This document shows positions 6,415 through 16,300 of a stretch of DNA of 64,000 nucleotides, piece by piece. The notes under the pieces are model-generated. The model was given only the letters and a program-made list of their open reading frames with translations. It did no database searches and was not told the origin of the DNA. Origin of the DNA: Fibrobacteria bacterium (GTDB lineage Bacteria; Fibrobacterota; Fibrobacteria; UBA11236; JADFYW01); NCBI GenBank assembly GCA_015232855.1, contig JADFYW010000005.1:19926-83925 (forward strand). The letters run 5' to 3'. The position numbers and the translations under genes were made by a program. Every line of letters begins with the position of its first letter. Positions within the stretch are counted from its first letter, which is position 1.

Positions 6415-9189
6415 TTACCTGCCCAAAAAAACAATCTTTTTCGTAACCCTGCCTGAAGCGGAGTTTATTTGAACAATATACTGACCAGCGGGGAGTAAGA
6501 CCCCATCCATATTCTTCCCGTCCCAGCTTAAACTCGTCTGACCCACAGCTTGTGCAGAATAAAAAAACATCTTTACTTTTGAACCATGTAAATCATAGAG
6601 GCTGACCTCTACCCACCCTGCATTTTTGAGTTTAAAACTAATATTCACCTGATTCTGAAATGGATTTGGTAACATCTTCACGTCTGAGGCTTTAAGCTGG
6701 TTGGCAGCAACAAAAAACACATCTTCACCCGTTATAATCAGTTCCCGGCTGCCGGTATTCCCATTCAGATCCCTGGCAGCAAACTGTACCCGGTTTGATG
6801 AATCAGCCTTTTGTGAGAAAGGTACTCCGGACACACTCATGGTGCCATCTTGAGTAGAGCCGTCAGCAACATCTATTACTCCCTTACCCCAACTGCTCCA
6901 GCTTCCGCCCCCATCAGTTGAATACCGATATATCCCAGAGTAATAATCACTTGCAATTTCAGACTCAGTTAATACTCTACTGACCAGATGTACTTCATCA
7001 ATGTATCCCTTAAAGAAACGTCCCCGATTTGCGGGCATACCTAGACGAAAGGGCTTAAACCGAAAAATCTTATAGTTTGTCCATTCCGTATCGGCCTTTA
7101 GATTACCATCAACATAGATTTTCATAGTGGTACCATCATAAGTGACTGCCAGATGATGCCATTCATTGTGTGAAAAAGTTCCCGCCGGTGAACTCAAGGC
7201 GAAATTTTCAGGAACATTACTCCTGCCTTTTACACTAACCTGATCACTTAACATACTCACAAGGAGTGATCCATTGCCCTCTACCCCACCCAGAGCCAAT
7301 CCCACCTCACTGTTTTCTGCTTTCACCCAGGCAGAAAGAGTCAACTCATAACTCAGACCGAGGTCCCCCAGACCCATGTCCACATAATCGTTTACTCCAT
7401 CAAAATAAAGTATTTGTTCCTGGGCACTCCCGCTTTTCCAGCTTGTCGTACTTTTAAAAGTAATCCCATTATGCAGAGAGCCATCAAAGCCATTACCCGA
7501 TACATCTTTTACATTCCCATTCAGGTGTAAAAGAACCATTGTTTCTTCCCGAACAGGTACTTCTTGTGAGCCCACACACAACCCGGCCGGCTCATCCACC
7601 TTAAGCCTCAAATCCACTGAAATAGCGCCATTGCGACTTACCGTGAGATGATAAAACCGGGGAGGAATATGCACCTTAACAGCATATTCCGCGCTCTTTA
7701 AAGTATCCCTTCCATTGGTATTTATCTGAAAGCGTATTTTATTCTTTTTAGCAACGTCTTCAGTAAAAGGAACTGCTTTTACCGTAACGGTTTCTTTTGC
7801 TGTGGAACCTTCTGTTCCCGTGCATTGCGCAGGATGAATGGACCAGGTGGTGCCGCCATCAGTTGTGTATTCGCAAACCACACTTGATATATTAAGACCA
7901 GAACCATTTTGGATGTTAATTGATAAATCAGGGGTCAGCAAATCAATAATACCACCCGGAGTAAGGCCGGACCAGTCAAGACGAGATATGTTTACCGCAT
8001 ATTCCCGCTTAAAGGTTCGGGGACCCTGATATAAATTTCCGGAATAATTATCAGCAATTTTAAACATTACCCTGTTAAAGGAACTGTCCGAATTAAGGAA
8101 GGGTACACGATTTGCGGTAATAGTCACCCAATCCGTTGTACCCTTCACACCTGTACAGACTACATCTTTATGTTTTATCCATTTTGAAGCAGGACTCCAT
8201 GGGGTGGCCATTGGATAGATAGTATAATAACATTCAACACTGGCTGGATTCAGCCCGGATACGCTACTCCGTACCTGAACCTGACAATCAGGCGCTGATA
8301 AAGCAACGGGTGCAGTTGGGGAAAAATTACGCCATTCAGGAAGCTTGACTCCACCACCGGTATTTTCTTTAAGAACTTTCACCCGCTCAGACCAGTTCGT
8401 ACCATATCCTCCAGGCTCACCAAGGTCCCGCCTGTTCCAAATAAACATGATAACATTGGTATGATTGTATGCAGCAGGAAATTGAGCGGCAAAGTCACTA
8501 TCAGGAAGTCGCTGCTGAGGATCCAGAGGATGAGCAGCATTTATCCATGTCCAGATCCCAATGGGTTTTTCAGGATACATGGCTTTATATATATTAGCTG
8601 AATCGAGAAACCTGGGAACCAGGTCCGCCCAAAACGCTACCTGAAACAGGCCATCCACTGCTTGCCAGTTGTAAAACATATGGTTACAGCTGGGGTCTGT
8701 TATCAACACCGGAAGGTCTGGGTTAATATTTTGCGCCGCTTGTTTCATGGCGTTGAAGTCTCTCTCCAAAAATGGTTCAGTCACCCCCGAACAATCTCCC
8801 CAACCTACAAACGGCAGATCAATCGTCATAAAATCAACACCATGGGCCGCAATATTTGTTGCATAGTCAATTCTCCCTGCCTGACCATCATGGCTACCCG
8901 AAGCTCCACACACCCAAAATCCATATTCTCTGGCTTCCTGTACCCATTCATAATAAGAATATTGTCTTCCTGATCCGGCCCAGCCACGATAATGGAGACC
9001 GTTTATCCCTGTTTCCATCACTTCTTCAAAGGTAATTCGCGAATCACTCGGGCCCTCTTTACTCGTAACCATTCTCAGTTGAGAAATATCCATCATCACA
9101 AGTTTACCAGTAGGGAACTTCGCTTCAACTAATATTAAACTCACAAACAGAATAATAATGTCTAAAATAAGGAGCCTGGAAGTCATCAT
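6415..9189 (-). CDS. secreted multidomain protein: N-terminal hydrolase-like region, Asp-box (BNR) motifs, LamG/ConA-like lectin domain, T9SS/FlgD-Ig-type C-terminal sorting domain
   Basis: AAGGA SD lies before ATG 9189 (MMTSRLLILDIIILFVSLILVEA signal). Asp-boxes YTTDGGTTWS and YSTDGGGSWS. LamG-like segment ILYFDGVNDYVDMG...LSAWVKAE...WHHLAVTYDGTTMKIYVDG...GYIDEVHLVSRVLTESEI. C-terminal domain LPNPFQNQVNISF...VSLYDLHGSKV...SWDGKNMDGVLLPAGQYIVQI. Confidence 0.8.
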   Translation of the reverse strand: MMTSRLLILDIIILFVSLILVEAKFPTGKLVMMDISQLRMVTSKEGPSDSRITFEEVMETGINGLHYRGWAGSGRQYSYYEWVQEAREYGFWVCGASGSHDGQAGRIDYATNIAAHGVDFMTIDLPFVGWGDCSGVTEPFLERDFNAMKQAAQNINPDLPVLITDPSCNHMFYNWQAVDGLFQVAFWADLVPRFLDSANIYKAMYPEKPIGIWTWINAAHPLDPQQRLPDSDFAAQFPAAYNHTNVIMFIWNRRDLGEPGGYGTNWSERVKVLKENTGGGVKLPEWRNFSPTAPVALSAPDCQVQVRSSVSGLNPASVECYYTIYPMATPWSPASKWIKHKDVVCTGVKGTTDWVTITANRVPFLNSDSSFNRVMFKIADNYSGNLYQGPRTFKREYAVNISRLDWSGLTPGGIIDLLTPDLSINIQNGSGLNISSVVCEYTTDGGTTWSIHPAQCTGTEGSTAKETVTVKAVPFTEDVAKKNKIRFQINTNGRDTLKSAEYAVKVHIPPRFYHLTVSRNGAISVDLRLKVDEPAGLCVGSQEVPVREETMVLLHLNGNVKDVSGNGFDGSLHNGITFKSTTSWKSGSAQEQILYFDGVNDYVDMGLGDLGLSYELTLSAWVKAENSEVGLALGGVEGNGSLLVSMLSDQVSVKGRSNVPENFALSSPAGTFSHNEWHHLAVTYDGTTMKIYVDGNLKADTEWTNYKIFRFKPFRLGMPANRGRFFKGYIDEVHLVSRVLTESEIASDYYSGIYRYSTDGGGSWSSWGKGVIDVADGSTQDGTMSVSGVPFSQKADSSNRVQFAARDLNGNTGSRELIITGEDVFFVAANQLKASDVKMLPNPFQNQVNISFKLKNAGWVEVSLYDLHGSKVKMFFYSAQAVGQTSLSWDGKNMDGVLLPAGQYIVQINSASGRVTKKIVFLGR

Positions 9190-9365
9190 TATTTCCTTTA
9201 ACAATTTTGGTTAAACTCTTAACACTTCTGCTTAAAGTAACCAAAACCCCTGTTTTTAGCATATTAAAAGCACAAATTGACATTATTCGCGTTAATACCG
9301 GGGTAAAAGTATAATCACCCGAAAACTCAAACTTCTAAAAAAACTTAATTTCTGACTGTTTTAAT

Positions 9366-9374
9366 TGTTATAAT
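9366..9374 (+). promoter_or_regulatory. candidate extended -10 promoter element (TGtTATAAT) for the kinase gene
   Basis: TGTTATAAT at 9366-9374, 35 nt upstream of ATG 9410. No convincing -35 element. Confidence 0.3.
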
Positions 9375-9409
9375 CAGCTATATTACGAAAAAAGAGCCGA
9401 AAAATCGAT

Positions 9410-11077
9410 ATGACTACCGCAATTGAGTATCTCAGCCCAGGCTCACCGGGCACAATAAAGCATCCTGAGGACTTTATCGGGAAACGCTTTGGTAAATGTG
9501 TAATCCAGGGTAAGCTAAAAGAGGGCGGCCAGGGGTGTTCGTTTCTAGCCTGGGACAATGAGGTTAAAAAAGAACGGGTCATTAAAATTTCAAAACATCC
9601 TGCCGGCGACGATGACGATAAACCGGAAAACCTCAGCTTTAAAAATGAAGGAATTATCCTTGCCCGTCTGCGTCATCCCCAAATTGTAGATATGATAGAA
9701 CAGGGTAACGCATTTGGTTACCATTACATGATAATTGATTTTATCCACGGTTATGATTTTAACCGTATCATGCGCATACTCCGAGGCAAGCAGGAAGAGT
9801 TCCATGTAAAGTGGCATAAATTATTAAATCCGGTTACCGCTTTAGCCATAACCGCCTCAGCCCTGGAACCTCTTGCTTATGCTCACACTACCAAAATCCA
9901 GCTTCCGGGAGAAGGTATTGTTGAAGGACTCGCCCATAGAGATATCTCAGCAGGTAACCTTATGCTTGGTTTTGGGCATGAATATGAGGGGCTCATCCAT
10001 ATGATAGATTTTGGCATGGCCAAATCAAATCTTCATTACTCTCAGACCCCGGATACCAATATAATGGGGACTATTCGCTATGTAAGTCCCATGCGTCTCA
10101 TGTTAAAAAAAAGGCAGGGAAAAGGTTCCGAATTTTGGAAGGACTTTAAGCAGACCCAGTATGATGTACATTCCATGGGTTGTTTCCTTTATGAGCTGCT
10201 GTTTGGTAATACCCATATCGATTTTCCGGATATTCATAAATGTCTCTCTGCAATCAATTCACCAGACACCTATAAAAAGCTGTATAAAGATGTAAAGGGT
10301 CTTAACCACCGTATTCGTGAAATCATCCATCACTCCATTGTTATGCCAAACCTTAAAAAGCCATCCAGCCAATACCAATATAGAAATGCCGCGGAAATGC
10401 GGGATGTTGTGGTTAGTGCTTTTAACAAACTCTCAGGTGGAATGGATATTGGTGAATGTTTACGACAGTTTTCCAGTGTTATTGAACGTCCCGAAGAAAT
10501 TGTAAAACAGGTGGATGGCAAAACATCAAAGCTTATCATGTATCCCACCTCTGCCGTTGCAGCCCCGGCGCCAACTAAACGACGGAATATTCCATTAATT
10601 ATCAGCACCCTGGCACTGCTTTCTATCACCGGGCTTGTTCTTGCCTGGCTTTTTATCAATGGTATTCCTTCAACCATCCCAGGGAAAGCCCATACTCCCG
10701 AGCCTCCAAATAAAGCCATAACTTCAACGAAAGAGACAACCACTGCTGGCAAGCCAACGAACCGGAATACTCTTACCAGGAAAAAAGCGATCCCAACCGT
10801 TAACCAAAATCGCTCCGACAGCAGACTCCGAGCTGAGTTTGATATTCTACAGGAGCAACTCCGTTCCGGCAATATTAATCTGGCTTACAAAAAAGTTTCA
10901 ATCCTGCTTAACACTTACAAAGACCCTGCTCTTTATATCATAAAAGCGGACCTTATTAAGCGCCGTTCACCGACATCCCCTAAAATTCAAAGGCTTCTCC
11001 AAAAGGCATCCACCGGTAGCAGTATATTAATGGACAAAGCAACCCTGAAAGCAAAAATCAGTACCCTGTCAAAATAA
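9410..11077 (+). CDS. membrane-anchored Ser/Thr protein kinase (Hanks-type)
   Basis: Motifs VIKISK (Lys), HRDISAGNLML catalytic loop, DFGMAK and GTIRYVSPMR. One TM helix (IPLIISTLALLSITGLVLAWLFI), then a Pro/Thr-rich linker and a helical tail. Confidence 0.85.
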   Translation: MTTAIEYLSPGSPGTIKHPEDFIGKRFGKCVIQGKLKEGGQGCSFLAWDNEVKKERVIKISKHPAGDDDDKPENLSFKNEGIILARLRHPQIVDMIEQGNAFGYHYMIIDFIHGYDFNRIMRILRGKQEEFHVKWHKLLNPVTALAITASALEPLAYAHTTKIQLPGEGIVEGLAHRDISAGNLMLGFGHEYEGLIHMIDFGMAKSNLHYSQTPDTNIMGTIRYVSPMRLMLKKRQGKGSEFWKDFKQTQYDVHSMGCFLYELLFGNTHIDFPDIHKCLSAINSPDTYKKLYKDVKGLNHRIREIIHHSIVMPNLKKPSSQYQYRNAAEMRDVVVSAFNKLSGGMDIGECLRQFSSVIERPEEIVKQVDGKTSKLIMYPTSAVAAPAPTKRRNIPLIISTLALLSITGLVLAWLFINGIPSTIPGKAHTPEPPNKAITSTKETTTAGKPTNRNTLTRKKAIPTVNQNRSDSRLRAEFDILQEQLRSGNINLAYKKVSILLNTYKDPALYIIKADLIKRRSPTSPKIQRLLQKASTGSSILMDKATLKAKISTLSK

Positions 11078-11087
11078 GGTTAAGCAC

Positions 11088-12212
11088 TTAGTTTTTGTGT
11101 TTTTCCCGGTATTGGTATACCATCACAAATACGGTTAAACAAACCAGCGCACCCACCCTGACATAAAGGGTCATATTACGGGCCGGCCAGTTAATTACCC
11201 CAATCTGATTATGGATATAACCAGGAATAAAAGCAAAAATCAGAAGAATCCCATACAAAAGACGTCCAGGCATATCTTTCAACAACCATCCCACGAGAAC
11301 AAAAAAAGCCGTAACTCCCGGTAAAAGGAGCCGCTCTTTATCTCCCGCAAAAAATGTCGATATATAAACAAGGATCAGAAGTAACAGCCACTCATAATTT
11401 TGTTTGATAAAAGCCATCGATTCTCGCCAGAACACAAGAGGCAAAAAAGAAAGCGGGGCCCATACATTTACAAAAATCCGAAGAAGAGATTCCGGCCCTA
11501 AATTGGCTTTCCACCTAAATGCCATAGAAAATATCTCAACATTATCCCGGGTTAAAAACCATCTCAAAAGAAAATAGCTCACTACAGCGGGCAGTGAGGC
11601 AAAGGCAATTTTTACCAGAAACGCCCGGTCTTTCAAACGAAAACTATGGCAACAAAGTACGGGGACTGCAAGCATACAAAACTCCCGGGTTAACGCCCCC
11701 AGGATAAGCAGGATGGTGGTTAGCACAAATCGTTTTTTCATACCAGCCAGCAGAATAGAAACCAGTAAAGCAAACCCAAGTGTATCATGTAACTGGAAGT
11801 AATTCCAGCTCACAAACCCAATCGTATAAGGGTTCAAAACCAACATAAACAGGAGAGCAAGGCTTAACCTTGATGAGTATGCCATATGCCGGAACAAAAA
11901 ATAGAGACAAATACATGCCCAGAGCAGGCAGACCATAGTGAGTGTTTTAAAAGCCACAGGCACCGACAGGGGAACCAATCCTGCTAACCAGGGCGCCAGT
12001 ACACGGAACCGGTGAGGAGTATTGATAGACATGTCCAGGGCTGGAGAGGACTCAGCCATTCTGATATACGTATGCAGATCATAACCAACATAACGCTCAC
12101 TGGAATAATCAATACTCCCAAAAGCGAGCAGAACCAGGAGCAGGGCTCCAATTGATAAAATTTGAGTTCTATGTTCTTTGAGGTAAAACAAATTGTTCCA
12201 GCCCCTTAGCAT
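11088..12212 (-). CDS. polytopic membrane protein, possibly GT-C-type glycosyltransferase / polymerase-like
   Basis: At least 9 hydrophobic helices. The first loop reads ERYVGYDLHTYIRM, a D-x-x-x-Y type. The track start 12299 is TTG and would overlap the upstream gene by 131 nt. ATG 12212 is chosen, so the start is uncertain. Confidence 0.45.
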   Translation of the reverse strand: MLRGWNNLFYLKEHRTQILSIGALLLVLLAFGSIDYSSERYVGYDLHTYIRMAESSPALDMSINTPHRFRVLAPWLAGLVPLSVPVAFKTLTMVCLLWACICLYFLFRHMAYSSRLSLALLFMLVLNPYTIGFVSWNYFQLHDTLGFALLVSILLAGMKKRFVLTTILLILGALTREFCMLAVPVLCCHSFRLKDRAFLVKIAFASLPAVVSYFLLRWFLTRDNVEIFSMAFRWKANLGPESLLRIFVNVWAPLSFLPLVFWRESMAFIKQNYEWLLLLILVYISTFFAGDKERLLLPGVTAFFVLVGWLLKDMPGRLLYGILLIFAFIPGYIHNQIGVINWPARNMTLYVRVGALVCLTVFVMVYQYREKHKN

Positions 12213-13284
12213 AATGTTCCCAGCAGAGTTGTTCCCCCGCTTTATGGGCATTGTCTGCATAGTGTGCATACTCTTCGACCAGTTTTTCAATGCCCGCAAT
12301 GATGTCTTCCGCAGATTCGGGATCTACCTGTACGCCCACCTGATATTCTTTGTTAAGTTCGGTGTGTCCGGCGGTTGTCCCCATAAGTACGGGTAAGCCC
12401 GCCTGTATATAATCAAAGGTTTTGTTGGACCAGGTTAAGTCTATACTGGAACAGGCAGCCCCCAGTAAATCTATACCGATATGATTTCCGGGTAATAGCC
12501 CTGCTATATTTTCGAATGGTACCAGGCCCATGAAAGTAACCTGATCTTGTATTCCCAAACCCTCTACCTGCTGCTTAAAAAAACGAAACGCCATCCCTTC
12601 ACCAACAATGGTTAAAGAAATATGTTCTTTCCCTTTAATAGCATTAAACAGGAATTCAAGATTAGTATCACGGCGTAAGTATCCCGAAAAAATCAGCTTG
12701 ATGTTATCATGGTTTATTTTCTGCTCCGGAAGAGACTCCTGATACTTAAAGGGAACATTAGGAAGGAGAAAATAATCTTTTTTGGGATATTTATTCTTTA
12801 ACGCCTTAATATGCAGAGGACTCACACAAATAATCTTCTTTATGAACAAAAGGCTGTAAGCCTGCCAGCGGACCCAGAAGAATTTAATGAAGGTATTCTT
12901 TATTTGAGAATCCAGTTCATCCCATAATTCATGGGAATCATAGATAACCTCTTTGCCCAGAAATTTTCCAAAAACAGAACAGACTAAAAGGGGAAACCCG
13001 TCTTCAACAAATATCATCTGGTACTTCCCAAAAAAGAGAATCTGGGGAACCAGTCGCAAAATAAATTCCGCAAAATTAAGCATACCACGGTCCAGAGTGG
13101 TCCGGGTAATGATACGTATTTCAAATGCATCCCACTTTGGCCCCAGGGGAGACATCGTCTTATTTGAAATAATAACTGGTTCAAACCCCATATCCCGAAG
13201 ACTGCACACCACCTTGTAGCAACGGTAATCTGTTGCAAGATTGGTGAAAATGGGAACGAGTACTTTAGGTTTTAAATCCGTCAT
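12169..13284 (-). CDS. GT-B fold glycosyltransferase (family 1/4-like)
   Basis: 371 aa. The C-terminal half (IKLIFSGYL...LTIVGEG...GLPVLMGTTAGHTELNKEYQVGVQVDPESAEDIIAGIEKLV) matches the glycos_transf_1 pattern. Confidence 0.75.
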   Translation of the reverse strand: MTDLKPKVLVPIFTNLATDYRCYKVVCSLRDMGFEPVIISNKTMSPLGPKWDAFEIRIITRTTLDRGMLNFAEFILRLVPQILFFGKYQMIFVEDGFPLLVCSVFGKFLGKEVIYDSHELWDELDSQIKNTFIKFFWVRWQAYSLLFIKKIICVSPLHIKALKNKYPKKDYFLLPNVPFKYQESLPEQKINHDNIKLIFSGYLRRDTNLEFLFNAIKGKEHISLTIVGEGMAFRFFKQQVEGLGIQDQVTFMGLVPFENIAGLLPGNHIGIDLLGAACSSIDLTWSNKTFDYIQAGLPVLMGTTAGHTELNKEYQVGVQVDPESAEDIIAGIEKLVEEYAHYADNAHKAGEQLCWEHYAKGLEQFVLPQRT

Positions 13285-13318
13285 AGGCTTTTAAGTTACA
13301 AAAATCCGCAGACAGACG

Positions 13319-16300
13319 CTATTCCGTCAATTCGCCGCTCAACCCTTCCCCATCGGTCTTTATCAAATAAAACGAGGGCGTTGTGCCATAAGAATTCGTC
13401 GTCCCCAGGATAACATAACCACCATCAGAAGCTGTCTTCACAGAACGCCCTTCGTCATCTCCCGTTCCCCCAAAGGTCCGGGTCCAAAGGGTATCACCTG
13501 ATGTATTCAAGTTAAGTAAATAGACATCATTTCCACCTGCCCCATAAGAAGCCGTCATTCCGGCAACAATATAACCACCATCCTGGGACGCTTCGATGGA
13601 ATATCCAATGTCATCAGCACTCCCAGCATATATTTTCTTCCACTGTTCGGCACCAGATGTATTTGTCTTCACTAAATATAAATCTTCACTTGTTCCCGTT
13701 GAATTGGTATTACCAACAAAAAAGAATCCATCAGAAGTTAAATGCAAAGCTCTGGCTGCATTCCCCCAGGCTCCATAATTAAATGGTGTCAACCAAGAGG
13801 TGTCTTTTGTATCATAATTTATTTCCATTAAAAAAGCCTGGAAGCCTTTTGAACCAGCTATTACAAAATTACTATCATCACTTCGTTGTTTAATGGAATA
13901 CCCAATACCCGAACCAAAATCTTTTTTCCAGTTAGCAGTTCCGGTTTCATTGACTAGATAAACATTACCACTATTTTCACCCACAATTGTAAAACTGCCA
14001 TCCATTGACTCCACTACCGAATATCCAATATCAGTACCGCTACCACCATAATATTCCTGTAATCCACTAACGGCTCCTGAAGCTGTAAGCTTCAGTAAAT
14101 ACGCGTCTTCATCAGCAACATAAAACTTACCTGATAAAACATAGCCATTATCAGAAGTTTTCTTAATTTCATAACAATAGTCATCTCCACCACCGCCAAA
14201 ATTTTTCTTCCAGTTTTGCCCACTAGTCCAATTCCCAAATTTATCAAGAGTAGCAATAAAGCATTCCTGATCACCCTCAATCTCAGCAGCACCGGCAACT
14301 ACATACCCACTATCAGCAGTCTGCAGTACCGAATAACCCGAAAGGTTCGTATACCCAAAATCCAGAGCCTTCTGGAATACAATATAGCTGTGAGCTGAAG
14401 CACTGTTTGAATAATCCGAGGAGTCAATTTTCCCATGCCCGCCCGGTGGTGTATGAAAAGCTCTTACGCGATACCAATAATAGGTAGCGGGAGTAAGACC
14501 AGTGTCAACAAAACTGGTGGCAGCAGTATTGCCTGCCGCCAATGCGGGAGCGGCTGCAGTATCCCGATACACTTTATAATACTCCGCCTGAGGCACACCC
14601 GTCCAACTTAGTTTCATGCCAGACTTACCGGTACTGTCAATTGATAACCCCGCTGGGGTGGATAGGGGTTTAAGGTAATAGAGATAACAGCTGTCTTTAT
14701 GGGACAGGCCATCACTATCGGTTACCGTTACTATCAAGGTGTCCCAGGTCCAGTCAGAAAGCGGGGCCGTTAAACTCCAGTTATTCGTGCCTGTTACTGT
14801 TATCGGAGTTGAATTAAGAGTGGCAGTTATTGAAGCGATAGTTGTATCGTCCATAGTTGTACCGGAAACATTGGCTAATGACGTTACTGAAAAGGCTGAA
14901 TCTCTCGTTTGCTCTGGAAGAGTGATAGAAACAGTGGGCGCAGTATTTTTTATATAAGCCCCTGTTGTTATCGTTTCACTGGGGCGATAGGAGGTATACT
15001 CAAAAGCCCTGGCTTTTATGGTATCTGACAAAGATATTGAAATAGGGGTCGTGTATTTAGTGGAATTGGTATCAGGGTCCAGGCCATCTCTGGTATAATA
15101 GATTGTTACAGAGGCATTTCCACCCGTAAAGGACATGCTGAGGTCAAAGTCATCATTAAACCGTCCGCTGCTATGGGAAAAGGTAACCACGGGTGCATAT
15201 GACTTTAACTGGTAATTGGCTTTAATAATTGCATTTCCCTGGGTAAGGGTAACTTCCGTCTCTGAGTTATCAGCATTACCAAATACCGCTGAACCAGATT
15301 CAACAGTCCATCCCGAAAATGTATAATCGTCACCCGCAATAGCACTAATATTCATAGCCAGGCCATGTTCAGCGCTGTCCGGGCCAGTCTGGTTACCACT
15401 GTCAGATTGGAGGATATCGAGGTCGTACCTGTTTTTAGCATATTCAGCTTTAAGCGTAAGAGAAGTCAGGCTGTCTACCAGGGTTATCCTGGTTGAATCA
15501 GCAACTGCATTTAAAAAGATTGCAGACCCCTTAAATACGGACCAGGATACAAAATGAAAACCGGTATTAGGATTGGCGAAAATCCATTTGTTATCCCCCC
15601 AGTAAATAATATTACTGTCAATTGAAGGAATACCCCCGTTGTCTGGTTCTATTACAAAACCAACCTCAATTTTCTTTTTGGTAAACGCCGCTTCTGCGGA
15701 AAGATGTTGTTCAACAACAATCGTCCAGGGATTAGTATTCACGGTGGAATCACCCAGCCTAAACCCGGAAAATTCCCAACCAAATTCCGGAGTTGCAGTT
15801 ACCCGTACCGTCTCCCCCAAAGTGTAAAATTCTTTTTGATCCGGAATAGAAATCGCACCACCTTCCAGAGCGGTCACTTTAATTTGGAATTTTCCGAAAG
15901 GAGCAAAATTGGCAGTCAAATCATAATTCTGCGTTACCCTTAAAACAATAATTGAATCATCTAAACTATATCCGTCCCAACCGGTAAATACATAGTTTGA
16001 AGCCGGAAGAGCTGTTATCGTTACTGAATCACCATAGGAAAAGGTATTTGAGTTGGTATCAATAACAACATCTCCAAAACTGGACTCATTAATGGTGATA
16101 GTAATGTGATAAACCTTTTTTTCAAAAATGGCTTCCACAATGGTGTCACTTTGGATACTTAGCTTGAGTGTATCTTTTTTAGAAACGGTTTCCCCCAGTT
16201 TCCAATGCAACAACTGGTAACCGGAATCAGGTACCGCCGTACAAATAACGCTATCATTAAAAGTGTAACTATCTCGTTCCGGTGAAACTATCCCACGACC

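Noticed and set aside
9277-9315. TTGACA (9277-9282) and TATAAT (9310-9315) hexamers in the divergent intergenic region.
   Set aside because: The spacer is 27 nt, incompatible with a single sigma-70 promoter. Only the extended -10 element at 9366-9374 is kept, and at low confidence.
12169-12299. 131-nt overlap between the glycosyltransferase ORF and the downstream membrane-protein ORF, as a possible frameshift or pseudogene.
   Set aside because: The overlap comes from the track using an upstream TTG. In-frame ATGs at 12269, 12251 and 12212 give a normal start, and both reading frames are intact.
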